Below, piece after piece: positions 36,786-45,711 of a stretch of DNA of 64,000 bases. Every line of letters begins with the position of its first letter. Position 1 is the first letter of the stretch. Origin of the DNA: a virus (taxonomy: Duplodnaviria; Caudoviricetes); the IMG/VR virus record IMGVR_UViG_2974704529_000001, positions 13,877-77,876 of that record. One strand, 5' to 3'. Under the pieces are notes generated by a model, which did no database searches, had not been told where the DNA came from, and saw nothing but the letters and a program-made list of their open reading frames with translations. A program made the translations under genes and the position numbers.

Positions 36786-38266
36786 GCACGAAGTTTGCGC
36801 CGGTCGCGGCGCTATTCGAGACGGACGCATACAAGCTGGGCCACGTCGACCAGTACGCGCTTAGCGGCGACGTGACGCGGGTGTATTCCAACTACACCAA
36901 CCGTAAGTCGCGGCTGCCGGGCGTCGATAAGGTCGTGCATTTCGGCTTGCAGGCATATATCACTAAGCACCTGATGGAGGCTTTCGAGCCGTTCTTCGCG
37001 GCTAAGGAGAATGAGGTTGCCGCGCTTTACGAGGAGCGGGTAGCCCAGATTCTCGGGCCGGATGCGGCCCACTCGATTGGGTCGGACCACATTCGCCAGT
37101 TGCACGGCCTTGGGTTCCTGCCACTGCGGTTCAGTGCGGTGCCTGAGGGGACGCTAGTGCCTATCGGGGTGCCGTCGTTCACAGTGGAGAACACTCACGA
37201 GTCGTTCTACTGGCTGACCAACTACATCGAGACCGGCCTGAGCGCTGGGGTGTGGCAGGCCAGCACGAGCGCGACTATCGCCAAGCAGTACCGGCGGGTG
37301 CTTGAGGCCGCGGCCTTGCGGACCGGTGCGGACCTGGCGGGCGTCGACTGGCAGTGCCATGACTTCTCATACCGGGGCATGTCGTCGCATGAGAGCGCGG
37401 CGGCGTCGGGCGCAGCCCACCTGCTGAGCTTCACCGGTACGGACTCGCTGGTGTCGCTGGACTGGATCGACCGTTACTACGGCGGCGATTACGTGGCCGG
37501 GTCGGTCCCGGCTACCGAGCACTCGGTTATGTGCACCGGCATCGAGACTGTCGGGGAGCTTGAGACGTTCAAGCGGCTGCTGGACCTGTACCCGTCCGGC
37601 ATCGTTAGCGTCGTTAGCGACACGTTCGATCTATTTAGAGTGCTCAACACGTACCTGCCGACGTTGCATAAGCAGATCGTGGGCCGGGACGGGAAGCTGG
37701 TTATCCGGCCTGACTCCGGCGATCCGGAGAAGATCATTTGCGGCGATCCGGACGCGCCCGCTTTCTCTAACGAGTGGATGGGTGTGCTCGGGCTGCTCTA
37801 CGAGCACTTCGGCGGCAAGAAAAACGCTGCGGGGTTCATTGAGCTTGATCCGCACGTCGGTGTGATCTACGGCGACTCAATCACGGTTGAGCGTGCGACG
37901 AGCATTACCGCGCGCATGGAGAAGCTGGGTTACGCGTCGTCCAACGTCGTGTTTGGCGTGGGTAGCTTCACGTACCAGTACAACACGCGTGACACGTTCG
38001 GGTCCGCGATGAAAGCGACGTGGGCTGAGGTCGACGGCAAGGGTTACAACCTGCTCAAGAATCCGGTGACCGACGACGGGACTAAGAAGTCCGCTACGGG
38101 CCGGTTGGCTGTGTTGGAGAACATCTGGGGCGATCTGGCGCTCAAGCAGAACGCCACGATTGAGGACGAGAAGTCGAGCTTGCTCCGTCCCGTCTGGGAG
38201 AACGGAAAGTTTCTAGGCCGGCAATCGTTTGCGCAGGTCAGAGGCGTTTTAGCGCGTCAGCGGTAG
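36782..38266 (+). CDS. Nicotinamide phosphoribosyltransferase-like protein (Namat-like, NARP1)
   Basis: TDAYKLGH, HDFSYRG, ATEHS, VSDTFD, RPDSGDP and GVGSFTYQ motifs. Confidence 0.9.
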   Translation: MSTKFAPVAALFETDAYKLGHVDQYALSGDVTRVYSNYTNRKSRLPGVDKVVHFGLQAYITKHLMEAFEPFFAAKENEVAALYEERVAQILGPDAAHSIGSDHIRQLHGLGFLPLRFSAVPEGTLVPIGVPSFTVENTHESFYWLTNYIETGLSAGVWQASTSATIAKQYRRVLEAAALRTGADLAGVDWQCHDFSYRGMSSHESAAASGAAHLLSFTGTDSLVSLDWIDRYYGGDYVAGSVPATEHSVMCTGIETVGELETFKRLLDLYPSGIVSVVSDTFDLFRVLNTYLPTLHKQIVGRDGKLVIRPDSGDPEKIICGDPDAPAFSNEWMGVLGLLYEHFGGKKNAAGFIELDPHVGVIYGDSITVERATSITARMEKLGYASSNVVFGVGSFTYQYNTRDTFGSAMKATWAEVDGKGYNLLKNPVTDDGTKKSATGRLAVLENIWGDLALKQNATIEDEKSSLLRPVWENGKFLGRQSFAQVRGVLARQR

Positions 38267-38272
38267 GTGGGG

Positions 38273-38292
38273 GTGTCCGACGTTTCGGACAC
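38273..38292. promoter_or_regulatory. Distal copy of the repressor-type operator
   Basis: Perfect palindrome GTGTCCGA-CGTT-TCGGACAC, same as the switch-region sites. Confidence 0.65.
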
Positions 38293-38352
38293 TTTCGCAT
38301 GTTTCCGGAGTACACGTGTTGTACTTGAAACCGAAGCAGAGAGGGGGTCGGA

Positions 38353-39279
38353 ATGACGACCTTATGGGCGATGCGGGGTTATCCCGGCTCTGGTAAATCG
38401 ACCAGGGCGCGTGAAATCGCTGACGAGACCGGCGCGGTTGTCGTTTGTCGTGACGACTTGCGCATGATGCTGCACGGCACGTATTTCTCGGGCAAGAAAG
38501 AGCTTGAGGAGGAGGTTACGGTTGCGGAGCGGGCGCAGGTTAGCGCGTTCCTTAAGGCCGGTATCTCCGTCGTTGTCGACGCCACGCATTTGGAGCCGTC
38601 TTACCTGCGTAAGTGGGCGAAGATGGCGAGCATGTACGGCGCAGAGTTCAAGCGCGTCGATATCGAGACTCCCGCTAGCTACTGCATCGTCGCTGACTTT
38701 AAGCGCGGCGAGGCCGGGGACCGGACTGTCGGCGCGGAGGTGATTAACCGGATGGCTAAGCGTCACCCGATTAAGAACTGGCCGAATATCCAGGCTCCTC
38801 CGACGTTCGACCCTAAGCCGGTCGAATGGATTGAGGGTCTGCGGGAGGCCATCATCGTGGATATCGACGGCACGGTGGCCCACATGACGGGCCGGTCACC
38901 CTACGACTACACGCAGGTCCATACCGACGTGGTTGACGAGAACGTGCGCTGGCTGGTCAACGTGATTGACCAGTTTGGCATCACCAACGATGTATCGGTG
39001 CTGTTCGTATCGGGCCGGGACGACTCTTGCCGTAACGAGACGGTTCGTTGGTTGTACGACAACGGCATTCCGTTCGATGAGCTGCACATGCGGCCTACCG
39101 GCGCTAAGGATGAGCACGGTAACAAGCTGCCGGATTACCTGGTCAAGTACGACCTGTTCGACCAGAACATTCGCGGTAAGTACAACGTGCGGTTTGTGTT
39201 GGACGACCGGGACCAGGTTGTGAACTTGTGGCGCTCGCTGGGCCTTAAGTGCCTGCAAGTTCAGCCGGGAGACTTCTAA
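38353..39279 (+). CDS. pnk: Polynucleotide 5'-kinase/3'-phosphatase (T4 PseT-like)
   Basis: GYPGSGKST P-loop; DIDGT HAD motif; DDRDQV. Confidence 0.92.
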   Translation: MTTLWAMRGYPGSGKSTRAREIADETGAVVVCRDDLRMMLHGTYFSGKKELEEEVTVAERAQVSAFLKAGISVVVDATHLEPSYLRKWAKMASMYGAEFKRVDIETPASYCIVADFKRGEAGDRTVGAEVINRMAKRHPIKNWPNIQAPPTFDPKPVEWIEGLREAIIVDIDGTVAHMTGRSPYDYTQVHTDVVDENVRWLVNVIDQFGITNDVSVLFVSGRDDSCRNETVRWLYDNGIPFDELHMRPTGAKDEHGNKLPDYLVKYDLFDQNIRGKYNVRFVLDDRDQVVNLWRSLGLKCLQVQPGDF

Positions 39280-39419
39280 TGGAACCGATTCTAGCCACCG
39301 TAGGGGTGCTGTTCCTGGTGGGCTTCGCCGCGTTCTTCGGGCTAATTGCTTGCTTCATTTGGTCGGTTTACAAAGAGCTAAGGGGGCCACTCAGTGGGAA
39401 GCGTCGTAATCACCGGTAA
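39279..39419 (+). CDS. Small membrane protein
   Basis: Manual translation shows one transmembrane helix; TAATG coupling. Confidence 0.55.
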   Translation: MEPILATVGVLFLVGFAAFFGLIACFIWSVYKELRGPLSGKRRNHR

Positions 39420-39642
39420 CGGCGGGGTGGCGATCACTCCGGAGGGTGTGCAGATAAGCCTGCCGGACACCAATGTCGTCTTTAAGTACGACACGGCCAC
39501 GCACGCGATTACGCTAGAGGGTGCAGAGTTCGCCCGGTTCTCGGATGACATTAAGTCAACCCACCTGATGTTCAGGCAGGACCGGAACGCCAAGCAGGAG
39601 ATTCTGCTGCTGCATCCCGACTGGCCTGGTTTCAAAGAATAA
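39394..39642 (+). CDS. Hypothetical protein
   Basis: ORF within the operon. Confidence 0.55.
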   Translation: MGSVVITGNGGVAITPEGVQISLPDTNVVFKYDTATHAITLEGAEFARFSDDIKSTHLMFRQDRNAKQEILLLHPDWPGFKE

Positions 39643-39645
39643 GAC

Positions 39646-39764
39646 TTGGATGGGTGCGTTAAAGGGTGTTAACCCGATCCCAAGGTGGGATGGTTCCCAT
39701 GCGCCCCAAGCCTGGCCCAAGACCCGAATCGAAGCGGCGAGGTCTGCGCTGCGCACCCATCTAA
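39646..39764 (+). ncRNA. Structured intergenic RNA candidate
   Basis: 13-bp closing stem enclosing three small hairpins. Confidence 0.45.
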
Positions 39765-39798
39765 CTAACTTTCCCCCTCCCCTAACGGGGGAAATGTT

Positions 39799-40197
39799 TT
39801 GGAGCACCTGCTAGTAGCGCCTTTCAAACGGCCACCTATGACCGCTAACGATCAGCGGCGCGCACATTGGGCCGTGGTCCGAAAGGCCAAGCAAGAGGTA
39901 GGGGACACGGTTTTCTGGTTGGCCCGGCGGGCGGGCATTAAGGACTTAGGTCCGTCCGTCGTGTCATTCCTCTGGTACACGCCCACTAGGCGGACTACCG
40001 ATTCCGATTCCCTCGGCCCTTTCGTCAAAGGGGCCTTAGACGGATTAGTGCGGGCTGGTGTTTGGCCCGACGACAACTCTAAGTACGTCAAACAAACGCG
40101 CATGGCAGTAACGGACTCGGATACGAAAAATCCACGGATTGAGATAAGGATTTGGGAAGTTGGCGACACCGGAATTGAAATGGCGGGAACTGGCTGA
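39799..40197 (+). CDS. RusA-like Holliday junction resolvase
   Basis: TDSDSL...KGALDGL...PDDN motif. Confidence 0.85.
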   Translation: MEHLLVAPFKRPPMTANDQRRAHWAVVRKAKQEVGDTVFWLARRAGIKDLGPSVVSFLWYTPTRRTTDSDSLGPFVKGALDGLVRAGVWPDDNSKYVKQTRMAVTDSDTKNPRIEIRIWEVGDTGIEMAGTG

Positions 40198-40456
40198 GTG
40201 CCAGTACACCGACCCCGAAGCGTTCTTTCCGACCGAGAAAGGGTCGACAGAACCCGCTAAGCGCATCTGCAACACGTCTTGCGCAGTGCGCGAAGAGTGC
40301 CTAGACGCGGCCATGCGGGAGGAATACGGGCTGTGCGCAAACATGCGCTTCGGAGTTCGCGGCGGTCTAGGCGCTAAGGGCCGGTACCTGCTCGCTCTTA
40401 ATCGTGGTGAGCCAGTCAGCCGTAGAGAGTTGGACGAACTAGGAGAGGCAGCGTAG
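40160..40456 (+). CDS. whiB: WhiB family transcription factor
   Basis: AECQYTDPEAFFP...AKRIC..C.VREECL...GVRGG. Confidence 0.85.
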   Translation: MATPELKWRELAECQYTDPEAFFPTEKGSTEPAKRICNTSCAVREECLDAAMREEYGLCANMRFGVRGGLGAKGRYLLALNRGEPVSRRELDELGEAA

Positions 40457-40861
40457 ATGTACTCGGTTAACCAGCGCGTCGGCGTTGAAATGCGGTTCGC
40501 CGCTAACCGGATGAGTCGCGGAAGTGCGTTCAGCATTCCCGTCACGAACGTTAGCGGTGTGCGCAGCAAGCTTATCCCTGAGTTGGACATTCCCGATCTG
40601 CCGGGCGCGGCCTGCAAGGGGTCTGTTACCGACGCTGACGACGACCCGTTCTTTCCTAAGGCGGGAGCTGGCGGGCGGAAGCAGGTCGCAGAGGCTCGCG
40701 TCATGTGCAACGGCTGCCCGGCTAAGCGGAAGTGCTTGGACGCGGCGCTCGAATGGGACCGCGCGCACCCTGACTATTTCGACCGCACCCAAGGCGTCTG
40801 GGGTGGGACTACGGAAGCGGAGCGCCGAGAAATCCTTAAGGAGGAGAACAATGCTGCTTAG
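40457..40861 (+). CDS. whiB: WhiB family transcription factor
   Basis: AAC...FFP...MCNGCPAKRKC...GVWGG. Confidence 0.85.
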   Translation: MYSVNQRVGVEMRFAANRMSRGSAFSIPVTNVSGVRSKLIPELDIPDLPGAACKGSVTDADDDPFFPKAGAGGRKQVAEARVMCNGCPAKRKCLDAALEWDRAHPDYFDRTQGVWGGTTEAERREILKEENNAA

Positions 40862-41081
40862 CGCCACGATAAAGCTTAACTGCGGAGTTTTGGAGTACGG
40901 GTTTAACCCGGCGCACAACTACCACCTGGTGCAGGTCTCGCAGGGCTGTACCAGGGGTTTCCGCCGAGAGCTGTACCGGTCGGCGGGCGAGGCGATTAGC
41001 GGCCTGTCCCCGTACCGTGAGGAGAACACAGAGGTAGCGACTCTGATTCGCTGGCTGTCCCGGTTCCCGCACGATGCGTAG
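40851..41081 (+). CDS. Hypothetical protein
   Basis: ATG after a GAGGAG RBS. Confidence 0.55.
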   Translation: MLLSATIKLNCGVLEYGFNPAHNYHLVQVSQGCTRGFRRELYRSAGEAISGLSPYREENTEVATLIRWLSRFPHDA

Positions 41082-41159
41082 GCGGCGCAAGCCCCGCCGG
41101 AACTGGCGGCGGTTCCTATCCGATCTATTCGAGTCATTCCTTGACGGGGTGTTCGACGT

Positions 41160-41726
41160 ATGGGACTAGCGGAACGCTGCCGGGCCGGGCGCAGGTGCGT
41201 TAGCCGCACTCCGGACGGCCCGGCCTTGGTCGCGCTACGTCCACTGTGCGACGGCTGCGTTAAGGACATTCAGAAGTGCCTAGATGAACTCCCGACGTAT
41301 TCCGACTTGCTCGAAACCTATAAGGGCTATGTGCCCGGTTCGGTGGGGCAGTCGAAAGTCAGTTCATCGGCAGAACCTAAGGCACCGTTAAACCTGACGG
41401 TCGTTGATCTGATCGGCCAGATTCGCGCGGTGATGCACCGGGCGGACGGCTACCTGGTGCGCGACTTGATCACGCTTACCGGTGGCCTAGAGGTAGCGCT
41501 TGATATCCGCGATGTCTATTCCAAGGCTGACGGGATTATCGGGCTGCAAAGGGTGTGGGAGCGGAGGCGCGTCCCATGTCCTGAGTGCGCTTTACCCACT
41601 CTCGGGGGATGGGTGGGCGAGGACCGCATTTACTGCACTAACGCGGATTGCGGGACCGTCTTAACGAAAGCGCAGTACGAAGAATATTGCGAAATGAAAT
41701 CAAAGGAGAAACGTGCCAAACGCTGA
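41160..41726 (+). CDS. Zn-finger hypothetical protein
   Basis: Multiple CxxC pairs; common mycobacteriophage family. Confidence 0.7.
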   Translation: MGLAERCRAGRRCVSRTPDGPALVALRPLCDGCVKDIQKCLDELPTYSDLLETYKGYVPGSVGQSKVSSSAEPKAPLNLTVVDLIGQIRAVMHRADGYLVRDLITLTGGLEVALDIRDVYSKADGIIGLQRVWERRRVPCPECALPTLGGWVGEDRIYCTNADCGTVLTKAQYEEYCEMKSKEKRAKR

Positions 41727-42099
41727 AATTACGATTCAGGGCAACCTTACCGCTGATCCGGAATTGCGGTTCCTTGAGTCGGGCGTGGCCGTCGCTCAGT
41801 TCTCGGTGGCTTCTACGCCTCGGGTTAAGAAGGGCGACGAGTGGGTGGACGGCGAGACGGTGTTCCTCCGTACCTCCGTGTGGCGCGAGCTGGCTGAGGG
41901 TGCGGCTGAGTCCCTGCGTAAGGGCGACTCGGTTGTGGTGATCGGCAAGCTCAAGCAGCGGTCGTTTGAGACCCGCGAGGGTGAGAAGCGGTCCGTGTTT
42001 GAAATCGACGGCGAGTTCGTCGGGAAGAACGTGCGTAAGCGCCGGGAGAACGGCGGCGGCGGGTATCAGTCTGCCGCTAACGACGCTCCCGCCTGGTAA
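41713..42099 (+). CDS. ssb: Single-stranded DNA-binding protein
   Basis: GNLTADPELRF; C-terminal DAPAW. Confidence 0.92.
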   Translation: MPNAEITIQGNLTADPELRFLESGVAVAQFSVASTPRVKKGDEWVDGETVFLRTSVWRELAEGAAESLRKGDSVVVIGKLKQRSFETREGEKRSVFEIDGEFVGKNVRKRRENGGGGYQSAANDAPAW

Positions 42100-42113
42100 T
42101 CGAAACCGCCGGA

Positions 42114-42143
42114 GGTAGGGCTAGTAACCCTGGCCCTACCTTT
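42114..42143 (+). terminator. Hairpin after ssb
   Basis: AGGTAGGGC pairs with GCCCTACCT, followed by TTG. Confidence 0.5.
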
Positions 42144-42163
42144 GTGGCCCGTAAGGATACGAA

Positions 42164-42379
42164 ATGTCTCATGAGAAAACTTCCGTTGTGCTGCGAAAGA
42201 TTGATAAGGCCGCGCGGGTTCGGGGTCTTACTTTCGAGATTCGACGGCCCGGCGGTAATCACACCATTTATGACTTAGACGGTCTGATGGTCACTATCCC
42301 TAATGGCACTAAGGTCACGCGGGTTGAGGCCACTTACCGGCAATTGCAGGACAAACTTGGAAAGGGCTGGTGGCGGTAG
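42164..42379 (+). CDS. HicA-like toxin (no HicB partner seen)
   Basis: 71 aa, basic, RPGGNHTIY...VTIP dsRBD-like signature. Confidence 0.7.
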   Translation: MSHEKTSVVLRKIDKAARVRGLTFEIRRPGGNHTIYDLDGLMVTIPNGTKVTRVEATYRQLQDKLGKGWWR

Positions 42380-42795
42380 TGGCTAGGCGAATCTTAGTTA
42401 CGGGTTCCCGCGACTGGACCGACAGGAACGATGTTTTCCTAAGGCTGTCCATTCAAATGGCCGGGGCCGATTCGGTGGTGATCGTTCACGGCGATTGCCC
42501 TACGGGCGCTGATCTGTTCGCGGACGACTTCGGAGTGCGGCATCCGCGCTGCGTGGTGGAACCTCACCCGGCGGATTGGTTCAAGGCTTGCACTGATAAG
42601 TGCTTCCACAAGCCGCGCGTTAAGGACGGTAAGCCGTACTGCCCGGTGCAGGGCTTTATCCGGAATCAGAAGATGGTTGACCTTGGCGCAGACGTTTGCC
42701 TGGCTTTCCCGCTCGGTAAGTCGCCGGGCACCCGCGATTGTATGCGCCGCGCTAAGAAGGCGGGCATTCACGTAATCAACTGTGGAGACGAATAG
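42370..42795 (+). CDS. SLOG-superfamily (DUF2493/YspA-like) protein
   Basis: ILVTGSRDW, IVHGDCPTGAD, RNQKMV and SPGTRDC motifs. Confidence 0.8.
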   Translation: MAVVARRILVTGSRDWTDRNDVFLRLSIQMAGADSVVIVHGDCPTGADLFADDFGVRHPRCVVEPHPADWFKACTDKCFHKPRVKDGKPYCPVQGFIRNQKMVDLGADVCLAFPLGKSPGTRDCMRRAKKAGIHVINCGDE

Positions 42796-42884
42796 ATGAA
42801 CAAGTTCTTTAAGGGCCTTGACCGCCGGAAGGTGCTCAAGCTCATTGACCGGATTTTGTGGGGTGTAGAGGGGCGGTGGGTTAA

Positions 42885-44165
42885 GTGAGCTTTGACGCTC
42901 CGGAGAACGCTAACTACGCGGCGACAATCGTTAAGCTGCCGCAGGGCGTCCTCCTAGACGGCCTGGACAACTTGGTCGGCGTGCCCATGTTCGGGTACCA
43001 GGCGCTCACTCAGAAAGAGGGCTACGAGCTGGGCGCGCTGCGGGTGCTGTTCATGGCTGAGACTCAGCTAGACACTGAGTATGCGCGGCAGAGCAACCTG
43101 TTCCGTGAGGCCACGCTGAACCGGGACGCGAGCGCGACCGGCTACCTAGAGCCGAATGCCCGCGTTAAGGCGCTGCGGCTGCGTAAGCACCAGTCGGACG
43201 CGCTGCTGATGCCGGTGTCGTCGCTGGCCTATACCGGCTACGACGTGTCGACGCTCAAGCCGGGGGACACGTTCGACAAGCTGAACGGTCACACGATCTG
43301 CCGGAAGTACGTCCCGAAGGGTAAGAAGCAGGCCACTCAGGGCCAGCCCAAGGTTCGTAAGCAGGTTGATGAGCGGCTGTTCCCGAAGCACCTGGACACG
43401 GAACATCTGTTCCGGAACCTGCATTACTTCCGTGACGCTAAGCGCCTGGTGGTGACGCAGAAGTTGCACGGCACGAGCTGGCGCGGCGGCAATGTCCCGG
43501 TCAACCGGACTAAGGGTCGGTTTGAGCGGTTCCTGAACCGGCTGGGTGTTGTCACTCCTGACACGGAGTACAAGCACGTCTACGGCTCTCGGAACGTGGT
43601 TAAGGGCCGGTCGGAGAACAACCACTACTACAAGACCGATTTGTGGTCGAAGTTCGGCGCGAAGCTTGACGGCAAGATTCCGGAGAACTTCATCATTTAC
43701 GGCGAGCTGGTCGGGTGGGTTAGCGAGGATGAGCCGATCCAGAGGGGTTACACCTACGACCTGCCGCCGGGTGAGTGCGAGCTTTACGTGTACCGGGTAG
43801 CGACGGTGAACCCTAAGGGTGTTATCGCTGACCTGTCATGGGAAGGCGTTAAGGACTTCTGCCGGACGTTGGAACTTAAGACGGTGCCAGAGTTCGGGTA
43901 CGACACTGAGCATCTTCCGAATCAGGAGTCGGAGGAGTTGTTCATTGAGGATTACCAGGAAACCTATCTAGATCGGCGCTACGCGGACGATTACCCGACC
44001 GGTGGGTATCTGCCGCTGAGTGACCGTAAGACGGTTGACGAGGGTGTCTGCGTCCGTATCGAGGGCCAGATTCCCCACGTCTTTAAGGCTAAGTCTCCGA
44101 AGTTCCTTGAGCACGAGACTAAGCAGTTGGATAAGGGAGAGGTTGACCTTGAGTCGGTGGCTTAA
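42885..44165 (+). CDS. RNA ligase (Rnl2/DRB0094-like)
   Basis: Nucleotidyltransferase motifs KLHGT, YGELVG, DEGVCVR and FKAKS. Confidence 0.88.
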   Translation: MSFDAPENANYAATIVKLPQGVLLDGLDNLVGVPMFGYQALTQKEGYELGALRVLFMAETQLDTEYARQSNLFREATLNRDASATGYLEPNARVKALRLRKHQSDALLMPVSSLAYTGYDVSTLKPGDTFDKLNGHTICRKYVPKGKKQATQGQPKVRKQVDERLFPKHLDTEHLFRNLHYFRDAKRLVVTQKLHGTSWRGGNVPVNRTKGRFERFLNRLGVVTPDTEYKHVYGSRNVVKGRSENNHYYKTDLWSKFGAKLDGKIPENFIIYGELVGWVSEDEPIQRGYTYDLPPGECELYVYRVATVNPKGVIADLSWEGVKDFCRTLELKTVPEFGYDTEHLPNQESEELFIEDYQETYLDRRYADDYPTGGYLPLSDRKTVDEGVCVRIEGQIPHVFKAKSPKFLEHETKQLDKGEVDLESVA

Positions 44166-44328
44166 GGCCATTGTCGCGGGTGCCGCAGTGTTGGCAGCTT
44201 TCGGGCTGTCAGCCTGCGGCGCTTCCGTGCCTGCCAATACATACAAGCAGAAATTGCCAGACGGTCGCACCGTTCAGTGCGTCACGAGTGGTCCCGCTAT
44301 TAGCTGCGATTGGAGCAATGCTAAGTGA
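44149..44328 (+). CDS. Small lipoprotein
   Basis: Lipobox LSAC; VQCVT...ISCDW. Confidence 0.65.
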   Translation: MSRWLKAIVAGAAVLAAFGLSACGASVPANTYKQKLPDGRTVQCVTSGPAISCDWSNAK

Positions 44329-44999
44329 TGAACGATACGGTCATTAAGGATCGTTTCAAGGATGCTTTCAAGGCAGCCAAGCTGCGTGAGGTTGAGGCTA
44401 AGGCCGACCTTGCGGAGTTGCAGACCGGCCAGGCGCAGCGCGCGGAGCGTCATTTCAAGGCGACTGACGACATGGTTCACCAGCACTATTTCATCGGTGG
44501 CGTGGACTCTAAGAACGTCGCTGAGTGCGCGCAGCACCTTGAGTTCTGGCACCGGCTGGACCCGACGTGCGACATGAACATTGAGATTCACTCCGGCGGC
44601 GGGGCTGCGCTGGCGGGCCTGAGTCTGTTCGACAACCTGACGCGCTACAGCTTGCGTGGGGGCGGTCAGCACAAGGTGACCATGACTGTCCGTGGCCTGG
44701 CCGCGAGCATGGCGACGGTGCTGGTTCAGGCTGCCGACGAGCGCGTTATCGGGCCTGAGTCGTTCTTTATGGTTCACGAGCTGTCCGGTAACACGGCGGG
44801 CAAGATCGGTGAGCTTGAGGACACGATGGCGTTCTACCGGAAGCTCAATACGCGTATCGGTGAGATTTACGTGGAGCGGTCTGGCGGTAAGTGTTCTGCG
44901 GATAAGTTCGCGGCGCTGTGGACGCGTCAGGACGTGTGGCTTAACGCTCAGGAGGCTTTCGATCTGGGCTTTGTGGATCGTATCGAGGGGGTGGTTTAA
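44325..44999 (+). CDS. ClpP-like serine protease
   Basis: IHSGGG, AASMA (Ser), MVHE (His), WLNAQEA..LGFVD. Confidence 0.88.
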   Translation: MMNDTVIKDRFKDAFKAAKLREVEAKADLAELQTGQAQRAERHFKATDDMVHQHYFIGGVDSKNVAECAQHLEFWHRLDPTCDMNIEIHSGGGAALAGLSLFDNLTRYSLRGGGQHKVTMTVRGLAASMATVLVQAADERVIGPESFFMVHELSGNTAGKIGELEDTMAFYRKLNTRIGEIYVERSGGKCSADKFAALWTRQDVWLNAQEAFDLGFVDRIEGVV

Positions 45000-45605
45000 G
45001 TGGAGTACGGCATGAGCGCGGCTGACGCTGCATACCGGGACGCCGCTAAGGCTCCCACGTTGACGCTGAATGGCCGTAAGGGCGGGCACGCGGTGCAGCC
45101 GCACGAGGTTGCTTTCCAGCCTCAGGTTGGCGCTAACCCGTTCGCTAATCCCAATGCTGACGTTCCGTCGCGGGTTAAGGCGATTAAGGCGGCGCGCGAT
45201 TCTGTCGCCGCCTATGGCGAGCGCCTTGGGCTTAAGGACGCCAAGTACGCGGTGGAGGCCACGTTCCAGTCGGTCGCTGATCAGGGCTTCGTGATCAAGC
45301 GGTCGACTGCGGGCGACGAAATCGAGCTGACCGACGCTGAGAAGAAAGCGGCGCGTAAGGCCATCGGTCAGATTCACGCCAACATGGACGTGAAGCTGCA
45401 AGCTGTGTTGGACGCCATTAACCACGTGCGGTCTAACGATCCGGTGGGGACGCTGCGTAAGAACAGCAAGGGTGTGTACGCGTTCGCTTTCGAGCCGGGC
45501 AAGTGGCTGCTTATCGACGTGGATAAGCCTGCTTACAAGTCGGTGGAGACGCCTGCCGATAGCGCGGCTATCCAGAACTCTTGGGAGCTGGTGGTTTCCG
45601 GCTAG
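45000..45605 (+). CDS. Hypothetical protein
   Basis: 201-aa ORF abutting the protease gene. Confidence 0.7.
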   Translation: MEYGMSAADAAYRDAAKAPTLTLNGRKGGHAVQPHEVAFQPQVGANPFANPNADVPSRVKAIKAARDSVAAYGERLGLKDAKYAVEATFQSVADQGFVIKRSTAGDEIELTDAEKKAARKAIGQIHANMDVKLQAVLDAINHVRSNDPVGTLRKNSKGVYAFAFEPGKWLLIDVDKPAYKSVETPADSAAIQNSWELVVSG

Positions 45606-45711
45606 TGGTCAATTACCTGTCGGGGTTGTTCGTGGGCGCGGTCGTTGGGGCCGCGCTCACGGCCTACCTCTTTGCGAGCGGCAAGTTGTCGGTTACCGGC
45701 GAGGAGGACTA

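Noticed and set aside
44274-45425. Long antisense ORFs (e.g. 44274-45425, 22998-23840, 60981-61823)
   Set aside because: Shadow frames opposite well-supported genes, expected in GC-rich DNA.
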